This document shows positions 32,701-42,563 of a stretch of 64,000 nucleotides of DNA, piece by piece. The DNA comes from an uncultured delta proteobacterium (GTDB lineage: Bacteria; Myxococcota_A; UBA9160; UBA4427). Location of the stretch: positions 672,001 to 736,000 of the forward strand of contig CAWGJT010000005.1 in the NCBI GenBank assembly GCA_963822965.1, written 5' to 3'. The notes under the pieces were generated by a model. That model saw nothing but the letters and a program-made list of their open reading frames with translations. It had not been told where the DNA came from and did not search any database. Both the position numbers and the translations under genes were made by a program. Position 1 is the stretch's first letter. The number at the start of each line of letters is the position of its first letter.

Positions 32701-35700
32701 TGCCCGAAGGCCAGGTGGCGAGCCAATCGCCCGGCGCGGGCGCGAACGCGGAAGCCGGCTCCCCCGTGGACTTCGTGGTCTCGCTGGGCCCGCTCATCGT
32801 CACCGTGCCGAGCTTCCTCGGCCTCGACCCCGCGGCGGCCGAGGCGGCGGTGCTGGCGGCGCAGCTCTCCTTCGGCGGCCTGATTCCCGTGAACAGCCCG
32901 ACGGCGCCGGAAGGCTTGATCTTCTTCCAGAACCCGCTGGCAGGCGCCGAGGTCGTGGCCGGCACGTCCGTACAGCTCGCCGTCTCCCTGGGGCCGGTCC
33001 TCACGACGGTGCCGGGTGTCGTGGGCCAGGATCGGGCGAGCGCCGAGGCAGCGCTCGCCGCCGCCAGCCTCTTCCTGAGCCGCATCACCTCGGTCACGGA
33101 TCCCGCGCCGCAGGGGCAGGTGATCGGACAGAGCCTGGCCGCCGGGAGCGAGGTGCCGGTGGACTCGGCGATCGAGATCACGGTGTCCCTCGGCCCCGCG
33201 GCCAGCTTCGTCGACCTGCCCGACCTCGCGGGCGTGGCCCAGGCCGCCGCCGAGGCGGCGTTGGTGAACGCCGGCCTGAACGTGGGGACCGTGACCCCCG
33301 TCTTCAGCGACACGGTGGCCGCCGGACTCGTGGTCGACCAGTCGCCGCCCGGCGGATCCTCGTTGGCCACGGGCTCGAGCGTGGATCTCAGCGTGTCCCG
33401 CGGGCCCGAGTTCTATCCAGAGTTCGCGATCCGCAAGATGGCGCCGCCCAGCGTGCAGGGCGGAAGCCGCTTCAGCTACGCGATCGAGTTCTCCCACACG
33501 GGCACCTCGACGGTCGGCGACGCCGTGGTGACCGACTTCCTCCAGCCGAGCCTGGCCTTCGTCGCCGCGTCCGACGGCGGCACCTACAGCCCGGGGACGC
33601 GCACCGTGACCTGGCCGGTGGGCACCTTCGCTCCCGGTGAGGCCGGCGCGCGCACCCTCACGGTGCAGGCCACCTGCACGGCGGGCAGCGTATTCAACTC
33701 GGCCCGCATCGTCGGCGGGGGCGTCGCGCGCCAGAGCTTCAACGCCTTCACCAACATCACCGCAGCGCCGCCCGGCCCGGTGCAGGTCGAGGTGGAGACC
33801 ACGCCCGAGCGCAGCTCCGCTCCGCCCGGGCGACGCCATCCGCTACACGATCCGCGTCACCAACCCCCAGGCCACCGCCCACGAGAGCGTCAGCATCGCG
33901 CTGCGGGCCGACGCCGGCAGCGCATTCGAGACGCTGGTGCAGGACGGTGGCGGCACGGTGGAGGTGCTCGCCCAGGACGACCGCTTCTGGACCTGGCATG
34001 GCCGGCTGCCCGCGCAGGCCACGACCACCATCGAGATCCTGGCGCGGGTGGACGCGTGCCTCGAGCCCACGAAGCAGACGATCCAGCTCGCCGACTTCCT
34101 GGTCTCCAGCACCTGCAGCGGCGTCCTGGCCGCGGTGGACCTCGCGAGCCTTCCCGCGGTGCCGGTGCGCCTCCCGGTGGTGGCCTCGCTCTCGGCGCCT
34201 GGCCCGCCGCCGGTGATCGACGACGGGGACCCCGCCGTCCCGAGCGGCTCCGACCTGCAGCCCGTGCGCCGCGGCAGCCCGGCGACCGTGGTGCTCTCCA
34301 TCGCCAATCGGAGTGACGGCGCACAGCCCAGCGTCGACGTCTCGCTGCCGATTCCTGCCGGCCTCGTGCCCGCAGCGGACCCGCCCTTCCTGGCGCCGGT
34401 GGATCCGGGCGCCGACTTCGACGCCGCGACCGGCACCGTGTCCTGGAGCGGCGCCCTGGGCTTCGGGGAGACCGTCGAGGTGGCCTTCCAGGTGATTCCG
34501 GACCCGGCGGGAGCGTGCCGCGAGCGCCTCTCCGTGCGGGGCGGGGCGGGCGCGTGCAGCAGCGACATCGCCGCCGACTTCACGTTGCTCCCGGTGCCGG
34601 CGACCCCGAGCGGCCCCTACCTGATGGGCGTGGACCTTCTCGAAGGGCTCTGGCAGTACCGGCCGGAGGCGGACCCGGCGCCCGAGCCCCTCCTCTGCGT
34701 GATTCCCGAGATCCTGCTGGGCCTCGCCCAGGGGCCCGATGGCGAGACGTGGGTGGCGGGCCTGCCGACGCTTCGCTTCGACCCGGGAACCCTCGCGCTG
34801 GAGTTCTTCCCCAAGTCGTTCTACGACGTCGTCGGCCGGGGCGGCACCACCGACGTGGTGTACGACCCCACGACCGCCACGCCTTCCCTGGTCTTCACCG
34901 CGCGCAACCCGACGGGCGTCTGGCGCTACGACCTCGAGACTCGAGAGGTGACACCCGTCCCCGTGGATCCCGGTCTGGGCAATCTGCGGAGGCTGGAGAT
35001 CGACGACGGCGGAAGGCTCTGGATCCTCGCCGACGTGGGCATCGTGCGCTTCGACCCGGCGAGCGGCGTCACCGACCGCTTCCCCGCACCGGGGGTGGAC
35101 TTCTCCTTCGACACGGTGCCGCTGGGAAGTCCGGGCGGCGGTGGGCTCGTCGCCTTCGACCTGACAGCGGCCGGTGACGCGGTGGCTCTGGAGGAGAGCT
35201 CCTTCATCGCACCGCCCTTCGAGGTCACCACCCTCGTCTCGCTGCTGAGCTTCGATCCGGCGACGGGCGGCTACGGGCTGGTGGACGAGCTGCTTGCCGC
35301 ACGCCTCCAGTCCTCGACGCCGCCGGCGCCCCCGCTGCCGGCCTTCCTCGACCCCCTCCTGTCCGGCGACGAGCCCCAGGGCTACCGAGCCGCGGCCATC
35401 GGCCCCGACTCGGCCGTCTACGTGGCCGCACGCGGCATCGGCCGCGTCCAGCGCGGTCCCGTGATCAGCGGCGAGGAGCTGGTGGCGACGGACCCCGAGC
35501 GCCGCACCAGCGACATCGAGTGGGTGACCCCCGGCGCGCCCTGCCGGAACCCGGGGGATCTGGCCGCCCGGCCCAAGCCCGGCAAGGTGGACCTCACCTG
35601 GACCCCGACCCGCCTCGCCCGCTACGACGTCCTGCGAGGAGCGCAGCCCGCCGGGCCCTTCACGCAGATCGGCAGCGCCACCGGCGGCGTCTTCGTCGAC

Positions 35701-35898
35701 TTCGAGGTCGCCGAAGGCGAGACCTGGTACTACAGCCTCGACGTCGTCTGCCTGGACGGCACCGGCTTCCCCGGCGACGTCGTGCAAGCCGACGTGCCGA
35801 CCGGCGACGGCCGCGGCGCCTGCGGCCTGATCGGCATCGAGGTGCTGGGGGTGATCCCGTTCCTGCGCCGCCGCCGCGGCGACCGGCCCGGACGCTGA
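29762..35898 (+). CDS. Giant (~2040 aa) secreted multidomain protein: zinc metalloprotease, Ca-binding DxDxDG repeats, 5 PASTA domains, DUF11/Ig-like domains, propeller-like region, FN3-like domain and Cys-containing C-terminal anchor; two +1 frameshifts (~30911, ~33810)
   Basis: GAGGAGG RBS, signal peptide, HELGHNWNLDH plus YLSLMNY Met-turn, DTDKDG and DGDGDGVLD, five VP.L.G...A...L...GL...VS.G repeats, C-terminal CGLIGIEVLGVIPFLRRRR. Removing one base at each site joins the three ORFs. Confidence 0.8.
32391..33404 (+). repeat. Five tandem PASTA-domain repeats (~67 aa each)
   Basis: VDLPDLTG..., VEVPDLAG..., VTVPSFLG..., TTVPGVVG... and VDLPDLAG..., each ending (V/L)S-x-G. Confidence 0.85.
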
Positions 35899-36992
35899 CC
35901 CGGGCTTCTCGCTGCGAGCCGGGCGCCGTCCGATCGAGCCCGGGCCCGCCAGCCCCCGAGCAGCGCAAGCGAGAGCGCGAGGCCGACGCCACCCGCCCGC
36001 GAGAGCGTCGGGACGGGCACGGGCACGGGGAGGTCGGCCACCACCGTGTGGGACAGGCGGCGGATCTTGAACGTGACGTCGGTCGCCACGCCGTAGGGGA
36101 TCTCGAACGTGAAGGAGGCATCGGGACCGACGCCGCGCAACACCTCTTCGGGCTGGAAGTCGAGCCCCTGCAGACTCACGGGGTCGGGACCGCCGTCGAA
36201 CACGAAGGCGTCGACCTTCGGTCCGTCGGTCGAGGTGATCTCGAGCATGCCCGTCTGGACGTTCTTCTCCATCGTCCAGCCCCAGGTCGTGCCGTCGGGT
36301 CCTTCGATCTCGAAGACGCCGTCCTGCATGGGAACCGGCCCGCCGATCCCCCAGGCCAGGCTCGAGAAGGCGAAGTCCATGCGCAGCACCGCGTTCTCGC
36401 TCGGGGGCGGACCCTGGGGCGGGTCGGCCAGCAACGTGAGCGTCCAGACCAGCTCGTGAATCAGCTTGACGTTCGGGCGCTCGCTCGCCGCAGCCGCGTT
36501 CACTACCGCTGCGTCCTCGTGGAATTCGAAGTACAGATTCTCGAAGTAGGAGCTCGCGGACGTCGCGCTATGGACGTAGCCGCCGTTCTGGAAGACGAAG
36601 TCGATCCCGGCGCTGGACTGGGTCTTGCCCCCGGGCTCGTGCTTCTCCTCGCTCTTCTCCTCTCCGCCCTCGGGAGGTGGCCCGTCCTCGCCGGAGCTGA
36701 CGGGCTGCCCGACGGTCGAGAACTCGTCCTGGAGGGCGCTGCCGAGGGCGGTCAGGGGCGCGATCACCACCACCGCGACCAGCGCCGCGATGAGACCGTA
36801 TTCGATCGCCGTGCTGTCACCCGCCTGGGGCGCCCCGGCGCGCTCGATGGGCGCGGACGTGGAGGCATCCCGGATGGGACCCGCCGCGAGGGACGCGCGA
36901 GCGGGGGCGAGCAGCGAGAGCCCGAGCGCGAGGACGAGGCCGAGGCCGAGCCCGCCGCGAGGGCTGAGGGTGGTGCCAGAAACGCCGGGCAT
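35730..36992 (-). CDS. Secreted protein with an embedded Flp-pilin-like helix and an IPTL-CTERM-like sorting signal
   Basis: Signal peptide, TAIEYGLIAALVAVVVIAPLTALG and VPTLSRAGGVGLALSLALLGGWRAR. The 3' end overlaps the convergent gene, so the true stop is uncertain. Confidence 0.7.
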   Translation of the reverse strand: MPGVSGTTLSPRGGLGLGLVLALGLSLLAPARASLAAGPIRDASTSAPIERAGAPQAGDSTAIEYGLIAALVAVVVIAPLTALGSALQDEFSTVGQPVSSGEDGPPPEGGEEKSEEKHEPGGKTQSSAGIDFVFQNGGYVHSATSASSYFENLYFEFHEDAAVVNAAAASERPNVKLIHELVWTLTLLADPPQGPPPSENAVLRMDFAFSSLAWGIGGPVPMQDGVFEIEGPDGTTWGWTMEKNVQTGMLEITSTDGPKVDAFVFDGGPDPVSLQGLDFQPEEVLRGVGPDASFTFEIPYGVATDVTFKIRRLSHTVVADLPVPVPVPTLSRAGGVGLALSLALLGGWRARARSDGARLAARSPGQRPGRSPRRRRRNGITPSTSMPIRPQAPRPSPVGTSACTTSPGKPVPSRQTTSRL

Positions 36993-37077
36993 GCCGTGGA
37001 CCTCGGAGGGCGGGCGCGGAGCAGCATACATCACGCGACCCGGACTCCGGCGGTCGATCGCGCCGCAGTACGGAAAT

Positions 37078-37713
37078 TCAACGACTGTCGTCGCGGATCC
37101 AGCCGTCGAGTCGGAGGGAGAGCTCGTCCAGCATCTCGCGCCGCGTGACGTCGCCGGGCGGGTCGAGCAGCAGCTGGAGGATGGTCGACGTGACGAGATT
37201 CACCACCAGGTGCAGCGTCGCGTCGGAGAAGTCGGGCCGAACGAAGCCGCCGGCGTGGTCGCGAACGCGCCGGGACAGGTCCAGCAGCCGCTCGCCAACC
37301 GCCTTCACGGGCTCCAGCTCGTCGGTGTACGGCACCTGGTAGACGAAGACGGCGACGAGCGCCTTCTCGCGGGCCATGGTGTCGTGGATCCACTGGATCC
37401 AGCGACGCATGACGCCGGCCTCGTCGCCTCGGGTCACACGCGCCGCGCCGGTGGCGAGCTGCTCGAGAACCCGCCCCACCAGGCGCTCGGCCACCTGCGC
37501 CACGATGGCGTCCTTGCCCGGGAAGTACTCGTAGAGCGAGGCGATGTTGACGCCGGCCCGGTCCGCGATGTGGTTGGTCGTGGTCCGCTCGTAGCCCCGC
37601 TCGGCCAAAAGCAAAGCAGCGGCCTCCACGATGGCCTCGAAGGTGTCGCGCGAGCGCCGCTGCCGCGGAAGCTTTCTCGGACGGAAATCGGGAAGTTGCG
37701 GGGGCGATCGCAT
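37078..37713 (-). CDS. TetR/AcrR family transcriptional regulator
   Basis: RKLPRQRRSRDT...TTNHIADRAGVNIASLYEYFPGK helix-turn-helix. Confidence 0.92.
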   Translation of the reverse strand: MRSPPQLPDFRPRKLPRQRRSRDTFEAIVEAAALLLAERGYERTTTNHIADRAGVNIASLYEYFPGKDAIVAQVAERLVGRVLEQLATGAARVTRGDEAGVMRRWIQWIHDTMAREKALVAVFVYQVPYTDELEPVKAVGERLLDLSRRVRDHAGGFVRPDFSDATLHLVVNLVTSTILQLLLDPPGDVTRREMLDELSLRLDGWIRDDSR

Positions 37714-37733
37714 GTGCGGCCGGGCTCCGGGGG

Positions 37734-37755
37734 AATCCGAGCAAATCCTAGCATT
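37734..37755. promoter_or_regulatory. Possible TetR operator between the divergent tetR and DUF2236 genes
   Basis: Imperfect inverted repeat AATCCGAG-N6-CTAGCATT (6/8 match) in an AT-rich 85-bp spacer. Confidence 0.4.
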
Positions 37756-37798
37756 TACTTGGATACAATCGGAGGGTCCTTTTCCGGAGGTACCCACG

Positions 37799-38776
37799 AT
37801 GACCACCCCTTCCAGCGAGACGGCGCCGGGATTCGCGTTGCGCGGCCGGATCGCGCGCTTCCAGCAGGACCTCGCACGGGAGATCGAGACCGCGGGCGGA
37901 CGCCATGACGAGCCCGAAATCTACGAGGGACCGCCCGGCGACCCGGGGCTGGCCGGCGGCCCCGAGAGCCTCTCCTGGGAGATCCACGGAGACCTCGCGA
38001 CCGTCGTCGTCGCCGGGACTTCGGCCATCCTGATGGAGGTGCTGCACCCGTCGGTGATGGCGGGTGTCTTCACGCAGTCGTCCTACCGCACGCAGACGCT
38101 CCGGCGCGCCCAGAACACGCTGGGCTATGTGCTCCGCACGACCTTCGGCAGCACCGAGGGCGCCACGCGCGTGATCGAGCGCGTGAAGACGGTGCACGGA
38201 CGCATCCAGGGACGGCGCCCCGACAGCGTCCCGTATCGCGCGCTCGACCCGGAGCTCATCGCCTGGGTCCACACGTGCATCCCCTGGGCCGTGATGACGG
38301 CCTACGACCGCTACCGACGGCCCCTCAGCGTCGAGGAGAAGGACCGCTACCTGAAGGAGCAGGCGGTGATCGGCCGCATGGGCGGTGCCGACTGGGTGCC
38401 GGAGACGGTGTCGGAGCTCGAGGACTACGTGGAGCGGATGCGCCCCCTGATGAGCATGAACGAGCAGACGCGCAGCTTCCTCTCGTTCCTCGCGGGCACC
38501 AGCGACGATCTCGAGACCAGCCGGCGCGAACGCCTGGATCGCTGGCTGTCCATTCGCGCCTCGATGAGCCTGATGCCCGAATGGGCCCGGAAGCTGACCG
38601 GCACCCACCAGCCCGAGCTCGCCGTGCGCCTCGCGCTCGCGCCGACGGACCGCCTCCGCGCCCGGCTCGTCCGGTGGGCCTACCCGGAGCCGCCGTGCAA
38701 GCGGATGGCGCTCGCGCGCGCACGGGCAGCCGACTGGCCCGGACCCGAAGCGGAGCTCTCGCAGCGCGCTTCCTGA
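37799..38776 (+). CDS. MpaB/DUF2236 family oxygenase-like protein
   Basis: SWEIHGD, LHPSVMAG, VHGRIQG and YRALDPELIAWVH. Confidence 0.85.
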   Translation: MTTPSSETAPGFALRGRIARFQQDLAREIETAGGRHDEPEIYEGPPGDPGLAGGPESLSWEIHGDLATVVVAGTSAILMEVLHPSVMAGVFTQSSYRTQTLRRAQNTLGYVLRTTFGSTEGATRVIERVKTVHGRIQGRRPDSVPYRALDPELIAWVHTCIPWAVMTAYDRYRRPLSVEEKDRYLKEQAVIGRMGGADWVPETVSELEDYVERMRPLMSMNEQTRSFLSFLAGTSDDLETSRRERLDRWLSIRASMSLMPEWARKLTGTHQPELAVRLALAPTDRLRARLVRWAYPEPPCKRMALARARAADWPGPEAELSQRAS

Positions 38777-38971
38777 GCCATACCGCGTCGGTGTCGCGAG
38801 GTGGATCCCGGGGCGATTCGGATGCCCCCCGCGACGGCTTCCGGTCTACAATGCGGCCATGCCCGGCCGAGTCCTGGAGCCTTGGCCCGTGCCCTGCCCG
38901 CAGGTGTGCCGGTACCGCCGGTCCGCCGAGAAACCGGCGGCCGGCAGGGACGGCGCGAGCCGCAAAGGAGG

Positions 38972-39859
38972 ATGTCCGTGTCGAAGGGGAGCTCCCACCG
39001 GGTGCCGGTGCCCGACCGGCGAACGCGCTACGAGACCTTCGAGCTCCGCACCCTGACCCCGCATCTGGGCGCCGAGATCCGGGGGCTCGACGTCTCGCAA
39101 CCCCTCGCCGACGAGCAGGTCGTGGAGCTGCAGCAGGCGTTCCTCGACTGGATGGTCCTGGTGATCCGCGACCAGCACCTGACCCGCGACGACCACAAGG
39201 CGTTCGCGCGCCGCTTCGGCAGGCTCCACGTCCATCCCATGCACGGCGGCGGACATCGCGGCGGGGATCCGGAGATCCTCCCCGTCGTGACCAACGCCGA
39301 CGTCGCCTATACCGCGGGAGACGGCTGGCACACGGACGTGACCTGCGACGAGATCCCGCCGCTGGGCTCGATGCTCTACGTCACGGAGACGCCCGCCTGC
39401 GGCGGGGGCGACACCCTCTTCGCCGACATGTACCTGGCCTACGAGCTGCTCTCGGACACCCTGAAGCGATTCCTCGAGCCCCTGGAGGCGGTCCACGACG
39501 GAGCGATCCCCTACGTGGGCGCCTACCGGACGAAGCCTCCCGAGGGTGGGTATCCGCGAAACCGCCACCCGGTGATCGCGCGACACCCCGAGACCGGTCG
39601 CCGGGTCCTCTACGTGAACAGCGGCTTCACCTCCCACATCGTCGGCCTCCATCCCGCCGAGAGCCGCGCGATCCTCGACATGCTGTATCAGCACATCGCC
39701 ACGACCCCGCGTCTCCACTGCCGGGTGGAGTGGCAGCCGAACACGCTCACCTTCTGGGACAACCGCTGCACGCAGCACCACGCCGTCTGGGACTACTACC
39801 CCTACTCGCGCCGCGGCGAGCGCGTCTCGATCGTCGGCGAGAAGCGTCCCGGCCGCTGA
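38972..39859 (+). CDS. TauD/TfdA family 2OG-dependent dioxygenase
   Basis: LGAEIRG, WHTDVT, GGDTLF and WDNRCTQH..R. Alternative GTG start at 38978. Confidence 0.92.
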   Translation: MSVSKGSSHRVPVPDRRTRYETFELRTLTPHLGAEIRGLDVSQPLADEQVVELQQAFLDWMVLVIRDQHLTRDDHKAFARRFGRLHVHPMHGGGHRGGDPEILPVVTNADVAYTAGDGWHTDVTCDEIPPLGSMLYVTETPACGGGDTLFADMYLAYELLSDTLKRFLEPLEAVHDGAIPYVGAYRTKPPEGGYPRNRHPVIARHPETGRRVLYVNSGFTSHIVGLHPAESRAILDMLYQHIATTPRLHCRVEWQPNTLTFWDNRCTQHHAVWDYYPYSRRGERVSIVGEKRPGR

Positions 39860-39862
39860 GGC

Positions 39863-40627
39863 TCAGCCTCGGGCGTCGTCGGCCCGCACCAGCGGGAAGC
39901 GCCTTCGCGTGAACCAGAGCACGCCGAGCATGTCGACGAAGGGTCGCCAGAAGAAGTGCCGCAAGCCGTAGCTCGAGCGGCCGCCCTGGCGGACGCGGTG
40001 GTTCACCGGGGTCTGCGCGAGCCGGAAGCCGGCGGCCTTCGCGAGCGCGGGCATGAACGAATAGAGGGAGCGGATGGGAATGAACGAGGCGACCACCTCG
40101 CGGCGAAACACCTTGGTCGCGCACCCGCTGTCTCGCATGCCGTCGCCCAGGACCGCTCCGCGCACCCCGTTCGCCAGCCTCGACATGCCCCGCCGCAGCC
40201 CCGAATCGCGCCGCGCGCTGCGGATGCCCACCACCATGTCGCTGTCGGCCAGCAGCTCGAAGAGGCGCAGCAGGTCGGCCGGATCGTTCTGACCGTCTCC
40301 GTCGAGGGTGCCGACGACCTCGCCTCGCGCCGCCTGGAGACCGCGCAGCAGGGCCGCGGCCTGTCCCTGGTTCGAGCGGTTGGTGAGGACGCGGAAGCGC
40401 GGGTCGGCTGCGGACTCGGCCGCCAACAGCTCGGCGCTCCGGTCGGTGCTGCCGTCGTCGACCAGGACCACCTCCGCGACTCGGCCGAGCGCGTCGAGCA
40501 CGCTGCGAATCTCCGCGCAGAGCTGCGAGATGCACGCCTCCTCGTTGTAGAACGGAACCACCACGGAGAAGGCGATCGGTGTGGGCCGGCGATCGGCGTC
40601 CGTCTCGCCTCGCTCGTCGCTCGTCAC
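39863..40627 (-). CDS. GT2 polyprenol-phosphate glycosyltransferase (ArnC/DPM-like)
   Basis: VVVPFYNE, VDDGSTD, DGDGQNDP and DSGC. Confidence 0.88.
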   Translation of the reverse strand: MTSDERGETDADRRPTPIAFSVVVPFYNEEACISQLCAEIRSVLDALGRVAEVVLVDDGSTDRSAELLAAESAADPRFRVLTNRSNQGQAAALLRGLQAARGEVVGTLDGDGQNDPADLLRLFELLADSDMVVGIRSARRDSGLRRGMSRLANGVRGAVLGDGMRDSGCATKVFRREVVASFIPIRSLYSFMPALAKAAGFRLAQTPVNHRVRQGGRSSYGLRHFFWRPFVDMLGVLWFTRRRFPLVRADDARG

Positions 40628-42378
40628 GGCCGACTCCCGCTCGAGCCGTCTCGCTCCGCCCCCGGGCGCACCACCCAGGCGTGGTACTTGCCGCCGTCGA
40701 TCTCGCGGTATCCGTTCGCGCGCAGCACCGCGCCGACGGGCCCGGCGTCACGACCCGTGACGAAGATTCGCGGGCGAGCGTCCCCGGCGAGGACTTGCTG
40801 CCAGTAGTCCTCGCGTCGCAGCGTTCCGGGCGCGCCGTCGACGAGCGCGTCGTACGCCAGGCTGATCGAGTTCGACCGCAGCTGTCGCCCGTCCGGGCTC
40901 GACAGCACCAGCGGGCGACCCAGGTAGAACATCGCGGACAGGGGGTCGGCCTGGATGCCGACGATCTCCGTGCGTTCGTCGAGCTGCGGCTCGATCGCAC
41001 GCACGAGGCCGCGTCCCGAATGCGTCTCCGCCACCTCCGCCAGCACGTCGCGTGCCAGCCAGGGGAAGAGGAGGACGGGCGCCGCCAGTGCCCACGCCGC
41101 CCGGCCGGGAGAACGGCGCAGGGTCCAGGCGAGCAGACCGGACAGCCCGGCAACGCCGGCGAGCCCCCGGGCGAACCCGAACGCCTCCGGGAACGGAGCC
41201 GCGAGATGCGTCAGGAAGGCGTTGGCGCGGAGCGAGAAGAAGGCGCTCGTCGCTCCGACGACGAGCCAGCCGACGGCGGCGGGTCGGACGCCCAGCCCCT
41301 TCTCGCGAAGCGCGTGCGCCTGCCAGGCGACCATCAGCGCCAGCGCCGGCAGCAACGGCACGAGGTACTGGGGGCGCTTGGATCGAACGACGGAGAAGAA
41401 GAGCAGGGGCACCAGGAACCAGAGCGCCAGGAAGACGAGCGTGCGGCGCGTCTCGGGGCTCTCGTGCGACCGAGCCACCGCCCTCCGCACACCCGAGAGG
41501 GCGATCCAGGACCAGGGGAAGGCCGCGACGATGACGAGCGGAACGAAGTACCAGAAGGGCTCGGTCCGATGGAGCCGGTTGGTCGCGATCCGGGCGAAGG
41601 TCTCGGTGACCAGCGCGTAGCGGAGGAAGCCCGGTGCACGGTGCTCGAGAACGGCGAGCCAGGGGACGAGGACGGCGACGAGCAGCATCGGCCCCCCCGG
41701 CCACCAGACGGCCTTCGATCTCCGAAGCCAGGCGGCGTAGGGGACGACGACCAGGAGCGGCACCATCAGGGCCACCGGTCCCTTGACCAGCACGCCCAGG
41801 GCCACGGCGGCCCAGGCGGCGACGTTCCAGGCCCGGAAGCGAGCCGGACGTTCGCCGCCGTGGGCCTCGACGCAGCGTTCGAACGACAGGATCGCCGCCA
41901 CGACGAAGAAGCTGAGACAGGAGTCGAGGATGGCGATGCGGGCGAACACGAGGAAGAGCGGCATCGAGGCGCAGGCGAGGGCGGCGATCCGGGCGGGCGC
42001 CGCGCCGAACTTCCGGCGTGCCTCGCCGAAGACCATGCCGACGATGCCCAGGGCGAAGACCGCCGACGGGAGCCGGGCGGCCAGCTCGTCGGGCCCGAGC
42101 CAGCGGATCGAAGCCGCGGCCGCCGCGAAGTACAGGAACGGCTTGTCGAGGAACGGCAGGCCGGCGAGCGTCGGGAGCAGGTAGTCGCCCGAGCGCGCCA
42201 TCTCGAGGGAGATCAGCGCGTTGCGGCCCTCGTCGGGGTCGAACAGGGGCCACGTGCCGAGCAGCGTGCAGAACGCGAGCACGACGGCCACCGCCACCGC
42301 CACGTTGGCGAGCGCGCCGCCCGCACCTTCCGGCGCATCGTGCGTGCCTTCCACCCCCTGGCGGCGATACGCCTCCAC
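40624..42378 (-). CDS. ArnT-like GT-C (family 39/83) membrane glycosyltransferase
   Basis: DPDEGRN, EM..SGD..P, DKP.LYF, ARLPSA, KGPVA and H..PFWYF. Confidence 0.85.
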   Translation of the reverse strand: MEAYRRQGVEGTHDAPEGAGGALANVAVAVAVVLAFCTLLGTWPLFDPDEGRNALISLEMARSGDYLLPTLAGLPFLDKPFLYFAAAAASIRWLGPDELAARLPSAVFALGIVGMVFGEARRKFGAAPARIAALACASMPLFLVFARIAILDSCLSFFVVAAILSFERCVEAHGGERPARFRAWNVAAWAAVALGVLVKGPVALMVPLLVVVPYAAWLRRSKAVWWPGGPMLLVAVLVPWLAVLEHRAPGFLRYALVTETFARIATNRLHRTEPFWYFVPLVIVAAFPWSWIALSGVRRAVARSHESPETRRTLVFLALWFLVPLLFFSVVRSKRPQYLVPLLPALALMVAWQAHALREKGLGVRPAAVGWLVVGATSAFFSLRANAFLTHLAAPFPEAFGFARGLAGVAGLSGLLAWTLRRSPGRAAWALAAPVLLFPWLARDVLAEVAETHSGRGLVRAIEPQLDERTEIVGIQADPLSAMFYLGRPLVLSSPDGRQLRSNSISLAYDALVDGAPGTLRREDYWQQVLAGDARPRIFVTGRDAGPVGAVLRANGYREIDGGKYHAWVVRPGAERDGSSGSRP

Positions 42379-42525
42379 CGCGCGATGGTAGATAGCTCCG
42401 TCGCCCGTCGCCCGTCGCCCGGCCGCTCGGTCCTCGAGAGGCGTCGCTGCGGCGGCGCCCGGCAGGCAGGCGGCAGGCAGGCGGCAGCGGATGTGCAGGA
42501 ACGGCCGGGGCGGAGCCGGAGCAGC

Positions 42526-42553
42526 TAATCCGATTCGCCAGCACTGCCGATCA
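42526..42553 (+). promoter_or_regulatory. Sigma28/FliA-like promoter candidate
   Basis: TAAT-N16-GCCGATCA, 10 bp upstream of the ExeA-like ATG, which would imply a nearly leaderless transcript. Confidence 0.4.
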
Positions 42554-42563
42554 GTTGGCTGTC

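Noticed and set aside
35730..35935. C-terminal extension of the Flp/IPTL protein as a functional domain
   Set aside because: It is largely the antisense of the neighbouring gene's end and looks like read-through after the sorting signal.
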